Assembly (NCBI RefSeq): GCF_006345805.1
Contig: NC_043001.1
Location: 10,726,001-10,790,000, forward strand
Origin: Octopus sinensis
Lineage: Eukaryota
Reading direction: 5' to 3'
DNA: 64,000 bases
Shown: piece by piece, positions 53,911 through 64,000 of the stretch
How positions within the stretch are numbered: position 1 is the first letter of the stretch
Layout: each line of letters starts with the position of its first letter
Position numbers and translations under genes: made by a program
The notes under the pieces: model-generated
Database searches by the model: none
The model's input: only the letters and a program-made list of their open reading frames with translations
What the model was told of the DNA's origin: nothing

Positions 53911-54857
53911 GTATGTATGAATGTATGTATGTATGTATGTATGTATGTATGTATGTATGTATGTATGTATGTATGTATGTATGTTATATATATGTATGTA
54001 TGTATACATGTTATATATGTATCTTTACTCGCTTGAATTTCAGAAAGTGTGCCAACCTAAAGCGTTTAATAAATTTACACGCACTCGTGTTTATATTTAA
54101 AACCTTATGGAGTTAATTTCATTTTCTTTCTCTGGTGCAGAGGTTGAGAAAATATATACCAGTAATACAGTTGGGGTTAATTCTGCCGACTGTTTACTCC
54201 CTACCACAATTTTCTTTAGCTCTGTGCCAACATTATAAATCGTTATTAGTATTATCGAATTCAACGAAAACTGGGCCTTTGGATTCCTTGGCAATAACAT
54301 CTGTTAATTTTCTTTAAAGTCATCTCGTGATGTCTTCTCTTCCTTTTCTTTTCGCCTTTCTGTTTCCTATGGAACATGAAGATCTTGAAAGCGAAAGGTG
54401 TCAACCATCTCGACCAACCGACTGTGTTTAATATAATCGGGGAAAAAAACCTGGCATTTTGCCAGAGAAAAGAAAGCATATATATCACGGAACAGTTCCA
54501 ACACAGATTGGTAGTTTTGTTGCCAGTATAGAAAAATAAACGAAATACAACAAATTAGTTTAAGATTCTATAACAAATCGTAACCCAATGATCTTCGGTT
54601 TGCAGTTAGAGCGAGAAGGAGGGACGTAATTGATATCGATGAAGCGGCAGCGATTGATGTTGCCATTTTTGTTGTTCTTGTTATGGCTGAAGTTATTGTG
54701 TGTTAGGATATGTGAAGGAAGATGGCGTTCACAGAGACATAGTTTGTCTTCTATACCCTCTTGATTCTATTACTTCTGTCATCGTTGGCTCATCATGTCA
54801 AAGTTTACTAAAGCGGTCCCTGGAATAAGCACCAGCTATATATATATATATATATAT

Positions 54858-55897
54858 CCATTTCCCGCTGGGTGTTTTCCGTACACCTAGGGCAGAGAAG
54901 CTCATTGTATGCATTCCCAGATTACATGCGCAAATTCACAGGTAAAATATGTATTTAAAAAAATAAATAAATAAATAAATTCCTGAATGGATGTTGTTTT
55001 CACAGCGATAATGCTCTTCTCAGTACGAGTCGTTCCAGTTAACACGATGTTTTGCACTCCCTGCAGGGATGGTAAGCCTGGAATCATTTTCAAATAGGTT
55101 TCAGTACCTTTTTTTATCATTCCTAGAGATCCTACTATCACTGGTACTGTAGTCGCCTTGAGATGCCACAATTTTTCAATTTCTATTAGCAGGTCTTTAT
55201 ATTTACTAATCTTGTCAAATTCTTTCGCCGCTATATTGTCATCGCAAGGAATACTCACATCGATCAATAAACACACCTTTTTTGTCTGATCTTTTATAAT
55301 AATATCCGGTTTATTAGCTTTTATAGTCATGTCGGTCTGCACGGGGAAGTCCCATAGAATCGACACATTTTCTCCCTCAGTCACACAGCTTCAGGATGGT
55401 GTTTATACCATTTGTCAGCATTTTTGATTTTATAATGCCGACATATTGTCCAATGTAAATACTGGCCGACTCTGTCATGTCTTGCTTTATATTCTGCAGG
55501 TGCTAAGACTCTACACCCTGAGATTAGGTGGTCTATAGTTTCAATCTCATCGTTACAGAATCTGCATTTTGGGTCAGCTCCATTTTTTATCACATTGGCT
55601 TGGTAGTTCGGGGTTAATAAACTTTGATCTTGAGCAGCTAATATGAAACCTTTACTCTCTGCCTTTAGCTCTGAGCGTCGTAACGATTGATGTGTGTGTT
55701 TCTGGTCGACATCAGCTTGTTTGCTACGGGCCACATTCTTGCCATGCAGAGGTTTCCGTTCCCATCTGCTAGCTAATTTTTCATGTGCTTTTGTCTTTGC
55801 AATTAATTATATTTTCTTTGCAGCAGCAGTTGGAGCATTTCCTTCAACCTGATCAATCTGGTCGGTATCTAAGAGATCAGTAGCAAATTTTTTGCTC
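54858..55897 (-). mobile_element. 5'-truncated Dong/R4-clade LINE
   Basis: KPLHG, AAQDQSLLT, CRFC..ETIDHLISGC, YKARHD, ILWDFPVQTD..KPDIII, LIDVSIP, KISKYKDL, VPVIVGSLG. Confidence 0.92.
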
Positions 55898-55922
55898 TAT
55901 TATTAATATCATCATCATCATT

Positions 55923-55957
<35 letters not shown>

Positions 55958-55962
55958 TATTA

Positions 55963-56021
<59 letters not shown>

Positions 56022-56024
<3 letters not shown>

Positions 56025-56500
56025 TAGTCTTGTTTTTATCTCGTGCTTTCGCTGCACTACCGAGCGCAGCTCTGTGTGCCTTGGATATGTGCTGTGGTTT
56101 GATGTGATGCTCTTATTTTTACTGTATCGAAAGTGTTTTGCGTAGGATGTGTGCAGTGTCTAGTGGTGCTATTTTCTGTATGTTATATATACTTATTAGT
56201 CCTGGCGTTTTTTTGTTATATATTTGTCTGAATATTTCTTATCGTACCTACTGCGCCAATTATGATAAGAATTGTTTTTATTTTAGACTCCACAATCGAG
56301 TTACCTCTATTTCCAGATCTTTGCATTTTGAAAGTTTATCCGTTTCTTTAAGAGAAACATTTTCATGTGTTGGTATTGATACATCGATTAGAAATCATTT
56401 TTTTCTTGGTGATCTCTGACAACTATATCCGGCATATAGTCATTAATTTTTCCATCTGTGTGTATTGGCATATCTCAGAGTATGTTTGTTTTCTCATTTT
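56022..56500 (-). mobile_element. Older Dong/R4 3' end with (TAA)n tail
   Basis: LIDVSIPTHENVSLKETDKLSKCKDLEIEVTRLW..IQKIA..TAHILRKTLSIQ*, then a UTR running into (TAA)n. Confidence 0.8.
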
Positions 56501-57042
56501 CTGTGACCTTCAAGTAAGAAAGCTTGACCTAGGTGCTATAAGTGTGGTAATAATAACTTTCTAAAAGAAAGAGGAAAATAGAAGAGAAGAACTAACATTA
56601 GCAATATCAGGCCATAGAAGCCGTTGTTTCCAAATTACCTGAGTTACAGAACTGTGAAGGACTAACAACTTTGCCTCGTCCAGTTTTAGACAGCGGTGAT
56701 GAGGAATCTGAGGTCCGCACTTCCATTGTCTATCAAGGCTGGGTAATAATCTGGTTTCAATAGGGCGCTAATCAATTTGAATCAGGCCAAATCTTACAAC
56801 AAGATCAATTGCTTCTATCTAATGGCTCTCTGAAGAACATCTTGTTTCTGTCCTGTCTTTTTATTTTAGAAATCTGAATCGCTTCCAATGTATAAGAACG
56901 TTGGTTCAGTGACAAAAAACAAACTTCATTTCACGAAATCGTTATCACATCTCACGTCAAGTCTAACAAGCAATGTTTCCGCTTCTCACCTGACACACAT
57001 TCTGGCACTGGAACCAGTGTTTGTGAGGTTGGTAACTTTATC

Positions 57043-57216
57043 ATTATCATCATCATCATCTTCATCATCATCATCATCATCATCCTCATCATAATCACTA
57101 TCATCATCATCATCATCATCACTATCATCATCATCATCATCATCATCACTATCATCATCATCATCATCATCATCATCGTCATCATCACTATCATCATCAT
57201 CATCATCATCATCACT

Positions 57217-57255
<39 letters not shown>

Positions 57256-57280
57256 GTCACTATCATCATCACTATCATCA

Positions 57281-57321
<41 letters not shown>

Positions 57322-57322
57322 C

Positions 57323-57369
<47 letters not shown>

Positions 57370-57451
57370 CCATCCTCATCATCATAATCACTATCATCAT
57401 CATCATCGTCATCATCATCATCACTATCACCATCATCATCATCATCATCAT

Positions 57452-57483
<32 letters not shown>

Positions 57484-57498
57484 CCATCGTCGTCGTCG

Positions 57499-57529
<31 letters not shown>

Positions 57530-57533
57530 TAAG

Positions 57534-57566
<33 letters not shown>

Positions 57567-57660
57567 CCATCCTCATCATCATAATCACTATCATCATCAC
57601 CATCGTCATCATCATCATCACTATCACCATCATCATCATCATCATCATCATCACCACCAC

Positions 57661-57695
<35 letters not shown>

Positions 57696-57775
57696 CCATC
57701 GTCGTCGTCGTCCTCATCATCATCATCATCATCATCATCATTAAGAAATCATCATCATCATCGTCGTCGTCGTCG
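57043..57775. repeat. Degenerate (ATC)n array with an internal block duplication
   Basis: Direct reading; CATTAAGAAATC marker at ~57527 and ~57738. Confidence 0.95.
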
Positions 57776-58559
57776 TTGTCGTTGCTGTTTTGTTGTTGTT
57801 ATTACTATGATTTTATCCGTACGGGTGCCCATCCATTGAAATTTCTTTTACTAAGTGCCCAAAAAACATCAATATTTCTCTTTGAGTGAGGTGTTCGGGC
57901 AACTCTTCTGAAACATCTTGGACCTCCCCCTCCCCCCTCTCGCATACAATGAAAAACATAAGGTCTCTCAATTCCGGATATATTTTGAACACAATTTTAT
58001 TTTGTTTACAATCAGGTTAAAATGGCTTCCCGCCAGAAAACCAAATATCCATTAAAACAAAAGAAATGAACCCAAACGCGTTGAAACAAATAAAACAAAA
58101 AGAAACTTAATTACACAGCGGGACGAACTCATTCAATACTAGAAAATAATGACTTTTTGACAGATAATAATGTTATTAATTTAAACATTTCCAATGATAT
58201 GGTTAACAACAAACAACACCAACAACGCATGCACGCGTCTCTTGCCAAATGAAGACAAGAGTAAAAAAGTTAAGCCGAACGATAAAAATAGAGTTATTAT
58301 ATTTTACTTTGCTAACATTTCACAAATGATTTTGACCTTTGGGCTGCCACAGGCTGAGGCACATTACGGGGAGGTAGTCAGTTCTATGAAAATCAAAAAC
58401 TAAACGTTGCCGAGTGGGGGCTCAGTGGACAAAGAAGTGGTAAAGACCCTTGAAAAACACGATGCTATTTCAGAGCTGCGCCGCAAGAAAAAACTACTGG
58501 TGCCAGTTAGAAAGCTTGACCTAGGTGCTATAAGTGTGGTAGTAGTAACTTTTTTAAAG

Positions 58560-58726
58560 TTAGGAAGGGCATTCTGGCGTTAGGAAGGGCATCCGGCTGT
58601 AGAAACTCTGCCAGATCAAGATTGGAGTCTGGTGCAGCCATCTGGTTCGCCAGACCTCAGTCAAATCGTCCAACCTATGCTAGCATGGAAAGCGAACGTT
58701 AAACGACGACGATGATGATGATGATG
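58560..58726 (+). mobile_element. 5'-truncated SINE with a Meta-domain-like block and (GAT)n tail
   Basis: GGCGTTAGGAAGGGCATCCGGCTGTAGAAA..GCATGGAAAGCGAACGTTAAACGACGACGATGATG; the Meta-domain assignment is from recall. Confidence 0.65.
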
Positions 58727-60292
58727 TTTCCTGTTCGAAAGGATTAGGAAATAGGGAAATAGAAGAGAAGAACTAACAATAGTAACAACAGGGCATAGAA
58801 ACCCTTGTTTCCAAATCACCGGCGTTACTGATAACCTTGTGAAGGACTAACAACCTTGCCTCATCCACAGCGTCGACGAGGAATCCGATGAAAGCGTCGA
58901 TGAAGAACCCGAGGCCCACACTTCCATTGTCTATCAAGGTTGGGTAATAATTTTGCTTCAGTATAGGTAACGCTTCCTATTCCCAGGTTTTTGTTTCCTG
59001 TTTACAATCACATAATCGAAATTGGCTCATTTAGAGCTTCGTAGGGCTCACTCAACTTTATCTCTTTTTGGTGGCTCCAGCGAAGGAGATTGTTTGGTAG
59101 ATGCAGTTGAAGGAACTGAGACCAAACCATTCCTTCTGGCCAAGCGCTCATCGACATTTTCAAGTACAAGATGATTGAGAGGTTAGACAGAGAGAAAGAG
59201 ACAAGGAGAGAGAGGGGTTAAGAGCGAAAGAAAAAAGAGAGGAAGAAGGAGAGAGTAGGAGAGAGAGAGAGAGAAAGAAAGAAAGAAAGAAAGAAAGAAA
59301 AAGAAAGAAAGAAAGAAAGAGAGAGTGAGGTGCTATCGAATATTTTACGAAATTTGAGCGAGATTTACGAAGCTATAAATGGGCAATTCCGATTGTGTGA
59401 TCGTAAACAGGAGACAAAGACCTGTGAAGGAAAAGGGTTACCAATAATATTTCAAGAGGACCAGCTACTCGGAGTGGGTATTTTATCCCACGCAAATTAC
59501 TGTGTGAATTATTTCCCCTATGGGAAACATCTTGTTGACATTTTATTGTCTTTTGCATGTGTTGATTTCGGTGTTCTGTTAACTCTCAGCAAATATCCAC
59601 CGCTCTGCATTTCGTCCTTGTTCCATCTCCAGCATCATGAGCTCCTGTGGCCAATAAAATAAATCATTATTTTTATTACACTATGATCAATTCGTTCATG
59701 TTCTGTTGTTTTAACTCGTTGTTTTTATAGGATAAACATTTTCTTTAATTTCGTCAGGTGCTCTGTAAGTGACACCGACATATCGATCAAGTGAATTACA
59801 GCCCAAGACAGCCAAAAAGAAAGATTAAGGCAGTAATTTGTGCACTTGTTTCGAACTTAATTGACCATATGTTACTTCTTACAATAGCTCAACTTAACTG
59901 CCATTTCATTGTAGCCAGTGCTGTAATTACTGTTTCGCCGGCATTTAAAACAGAGTAACCTCTTTAAAAATAGTTTAACCTATGTTTAGTTCAATGGTCA
60001 ACGTATCGAACGAAAGGATAGAAAATGTTGAAAATATTCCGTTTATTTCCTTTGATATTGGTTTCAAATTTTTGCACAAGGTTAGCAGTTTCGGAGGACA
60101 TTGCATAGAGACATATTTTCAACTGGTGTTTATTTTAACGACCACGGTATAATGAAAGGCAAAGATGACCTCGGTAGCATTTGAACTCAGAAATGCTAAT
60201 AAGCATTGTGCCTGGTCTTCTTACGATTCTGCAAGTTCGTCGCCTTTATTTTCTTTGATATTGTGTTAAGAACGTGGGAGTAAGTACAAAAT

Positions 60293-60686
60293 AACTTGGC
60301 ACTCCGTCGGTTATGACGACGAGGGTTCCAGTTGATCCGATCAACGGAACAGCCTGCTCGTGAAATTAACGTACAAGTGGCTGAGCACTGCACAGACACG
60401 TGAACCCTTAATGTAGTTCTCGGGGAGATTCAGCATGACACAGATAATGACAAGGCTGGCCCTTTGAAATACAGGTACACCAGAAACAGGAAGAAAGAGT
60501 GAGAGAAAGTTGTGGTAAAAGAGTACAGCAGAATTCGCCACGACCCCCCTGCCGGAGTCTCGTGGAGTTTTAGATGTTTTCGCTCAATAAACACTCACAA
60601 CACCCGTTCTGGGAATCGAAATCGCGATCCTATGACCGCATGACCGTATGCCCGCTGTCCTAACCACTGGGCTATTGCGCCTCCAC
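60293..60686 (-). mobile_element. Family B SINE, full length
   Basis: Same head and tail as 9962-10341; ~11-bp TSD AAGTAC(A/G)AAAT at 60282-60292 and 60687-60697. Confidence 0.9.
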
Positions 60687-61123
60687 AAGTACGAAATGGT
60701 TATTAACAGAACCTGCAACTAGGTCTTAATTGATAGCCGTAACTATTACCCTTCATTTATTTTACTAAGGCGTTCATGAGAAAGACATGAGTACTAAGGA
60801 ATTTCAACTACTTACCTTTATATATCCGAGACCTTGTGGTTGTGTCGGAAATTAATAAATATATCTAATTTTAAATTCACATGAAACGTGATAATTTTTT
60901 TTTCAACAGACATCCAAGCCTTTCACAATACTATTTGTAACATAATTGAATTAATTCCAGCTGGGAATCAAAATTGGATCACCTACCTACACCGAGAGCG
61001 TGAACCAATGAACGAGCGAATGAATAAGAAGAAAATTCTTTTTTTAGATTTCTTCAACTTTTAAAGAGAAAATGGATTGATAGTCGTATAAACGGGGACC
61101 CAGTATATTAAGAGTTCGATATG

Positions 61124-61163
<40 letters not shown>

Positions 61164-61803
61164 TGAACGATAGGAATTCTTCTTGAAGCAGAGAAGCAAA
61201 TATCACAGAGTAACAAGTAATTGATGTGACGTTTGAATATATTAGCGAAGTAGTTGCAAATTTCGAGAAGTTTCTATGCCGTCGGGAGACAACGATGCTG
61301 ACATTTCGAGCAGTGCTCTTTGTTGGAGAGACAACATTTAAATTACATGAAATTTTTCTCTCTTCGACGAAGACCTTTGCTCTTGACATAAGAATTCTTG
61401 TCTCCCCACGGCATACGAACTTATCCAAATTTATGGACTTTCCTAAATAATTACTACTTGACGCTGACCAGCGCTAGTTTAGTTGGATTCAGGTTTATAT
61501 TTGCATATATTATTTAAACTTGAGAGCCAAAAGATGTGTCGTTGTTTGTCTAGAATTTTCTTTTTAAAAGAGATTTGTGATACTGCATTTTATTTTGGAA
61601 AATGAAGTTAGGAAGAAGGAAGTTAGTAGTTATCTATGAAAAGTTTGCATAATAACCATCGCTATCCTTGCAGCTTCACATAATGAATAATAATAATAAT
61701 AGCAACAACAACAATAATATGAATAACAATTTATTTCAAAATTTGGCACTAGGCCAGCTATTTCAGGATAGGCAAATAGGCAACAACAGTAATAATAATA
61801 ATA

Positions 61804-61894
<91 letters not shown>

Positions 61895-61898
<4 letters not shown>

Positions 61899-62430
61899 AC
61901 TAATAAATGCCTTGATGCAGTATCAGACAGTGACTCTCATGGCTTCTGATCTTAACTGATTGGAAGTGTTATCATGTACATTGTTTTGTCTTGGTATAAA
62001 ATATGGGCTACAGCAAATATTCTGCTCAATACCAGAGATTTACTTGTCAGTTGCTTGACCTTAACTAGTTGAGCATGTCCCTTTGTGGCTGACGATATGT
62101 GCATCTTTGATCACGAGCAAGTGTAGTGGTGTGAGGCATCATAGCCATGTGTTGAGAGGAATTCTTCGTGTTTGAATATTTCACCTCTGGAAACATGGGT
62201 GTTTCATTCATCATTCTTAAATAACCATCATTCACAGATGTTTCGAGCGGGATGGGCTACTCGATCTGACGAAAATTCTAACTGGGCCCCCACCTGCAAG
62301 GTCATGTGCAGTTTATCTTGATATGCGGTCCACTGTCTCGCATACACAAGGTTGTGATGCATGTATCTGGTGTACCCTTATCACATGGGTAGTGATAATC
62401 AATATACTGGACCTCGTGTGTTTGTACCTC
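61895..62430. repeat. Unclassified interspersed repeat anchored to a (TAA)/(TGA) tract
   Basis: More GC-rich block abutting the microsatellite; resembles a common octopus repeat from recall, but is single-copy in this window. Confidence 0.35.
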
Positions 62431-62574
62431 AGTAATGTAGAATCTGCAGGAAAGGAAACAAAAGTATTATCCATCTCTTGAATGAGTGCAGTAAGCTAGC
62501 TTAAAAGGAGTATAAGTGCAGGCATGGTTGTATTGGTAAAAAAAGGCATTCGGAATAACAGGAAAGGTGTATGA

Positions 62575-62852
62575 ACACGAATCAGAGTATGAACAGTATG
62601 GAACAACAGTATTTGCAAAAGTTTCACTGAATTTCTGTTTCACAGTATATGTGTATTTGTTTCCAGCTCGAAACACCCATTCAGCTAAAAACATACGTTT
62701 TTCAATGGTTAGCATGTCAACACGCTGAAGGGTACACAATGACTGAAGGACAAAGGCTGACAGCCGGCCGGCCGCCCACGCATAAATAATCAAGTTGCAC
62801 ATGCGCAGGATGAAAAACATTCGCTGCGGAGAGACTTTTAGAACACCCTGTA
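62575..62852 (-). mobile_element. Left end of a Tc1/mariner (maT-like) transposon with transposase N-terminus
   Basis: TA-CAGGGTGTTCTAAAAGTCTC TIR; MLTIEKRMFLAEWVFRAGNKYTYTVKQKFSETFANTVVP resembles the N-terminal helix-turn-helix region. Confidence 0.6.
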
Positions 62853-62961
62853 GCATAAATTATTTTTTGTTGTCTTCCACTCATTACAGGAGTGATTTTT
62901 AAAGAAAGCTATATATTCTTCTTGTTTGTATTGTGTAATTATTTTTTATATTAAAAACATC

Positions 62962-63074
62962 GTCCCACTGCTTGGCACCTTGGGCAAGTGTTTTCTACTA
63001 TAGCCTCGGGCCGACCAAAGCCTTGTGAGTGGATTTAGTAGACGGAAACTGAAAGAAGCCCGTCGTATATATAT

Positions 63075-63120
<46 letters not shown>

Positions 63121-63590
63121 CTATTTATTGTTTATGTACTCTATTGATTTTTAGAATAATGTTTTCTATAGTATATTCAATTTTTTCTATATGGTGTGAA
63201 TAAAGTCTCTCACTATCGAATTATTTAATAGTGGTTTTTCTCTAAATTTTATACATTTATTATATATTGTGAAATTTGATTTAGAATTGCTAAATTGAAT
63301 TTTTCCCTGTAAGTTTGCAATTATATTCCCTACTATCATATATATATATATATATGTGTATATGCATGTGTATGTGTGTATGTTTGTGTGTTTGTGTTTG
63401 CCCCCCCTCCCAGCATCACTTGACAACCGAAGTTGGTGTGTTTACGTCTCTGTAACTTAGCGGTTCGGCAAAAGAGGCCGATAGAATAAGTACTAGGCTT
63501 ATAAAGAATAAGTCCTGGGGTCGAATTGCTCGACTAAAGGCGGTGCTCCTGCATGGCCGTAGTCAAATGACTGAAACAAGTAAAAAAAAC
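62962..63590 (+). mobile_element. Family A SINE with a ~215-bp AT-rich insertion in its central (TA)n
   Basis: 5' part 62962-63066 and 3' part 63350-63590 match 4164-4570. Confidence 0.88.
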
Positions 63591-63649
63591 TATAAATATT
63601 GATGTCTGATATTGATATAGTCACAAGAACAAATATTTAGAAGGAGATG

Positions 63650-64000
63650 GCTATAGCCAATTTAATCGATTCCAGTACTTGATTATTGGTATTATTTCAT
63701 CGACCCCTGGGAGGGTGGAAAACAAATCCAGCTTCTGTCGGCTTTGATCTCAGGACAGAAAGGAACGTAACTAAATACCACAAAGTTATTTGTCTACGAC
63801 TCAACTAATATCAGTTTCAAATTTTGGCACAAGGCCAGAAATTTTAAGGTCGGAGTAAATCAATCACATCGATCCCAGTGTTCAACTGGTACTTTGTTTT
63901 ATCGACCACAAAAGGATGAAAGGCAGAGACTATGGTGGAATTTGAACCCAGAACGTAAAGAGTCGAAAGAAACACTGTGATGTATGTTGTCCGAGTCGCT
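63650..64000 (-). mobile_element. Two family C SINE remnants
   Basis: ATCGATCCCAGTG..CTGGTACT..ATCGACC..AAAGGATGAAAGGCA is the reverse complement of the motif at 1-75. Confidence 0.65.

Noticed and set aside
56952-57741. Poly-Met / poly-His/Ser ORFs
   Set aside because: (ATC)n microsatellite
61108-61450. Overlapping ORFs in unique sequence
   Set aside because: No recognisable domain or convincing splice sites, and the minus ORF ends in (TA)n

Overview
AT-rich animal genomic DNA, almost certainly an intronic or intergenic stretch of an Octopus genome. The taxon is inferred from the SINE families, the Dong/R4 + RTE + Penelope content and the extreme microsatellite load; it was not checked by search. 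No host protein-coding gene can be supported. Nearly all long ORFs in the supplied track are microsatellite artefacts. The only recognisable coding sequence is decayed transposon material: two CR1-group LINEs, two RTE LINE fossils, several Dong/R4 RLE-LINE 3' ends, a Penelope RT fragment and mariner/Tc1 fragments. The rest is tRNA-derived SINEs of several modular families, Helentron-like non-autonomous elements, TA-flanked MITEs, very long simple repeats and one 100-N gap. Main observations: (1) about 15 minimal hammerhead-ribozyme (HHR) motifs of the Penelope type, including a 7-copy family with a fixed non-canonical core (CUGUNGA) and a tRNA-headed SINE that ends in an HHR; (2) the dominant SINE shares its 3' tail with the CR1-group LINEs, and the tail contains a covarying 5-bp stem-loop; (3) Dong/R4 elements are stacked inside microsatellite tracts. 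All coordinates and alignments were read by eye.
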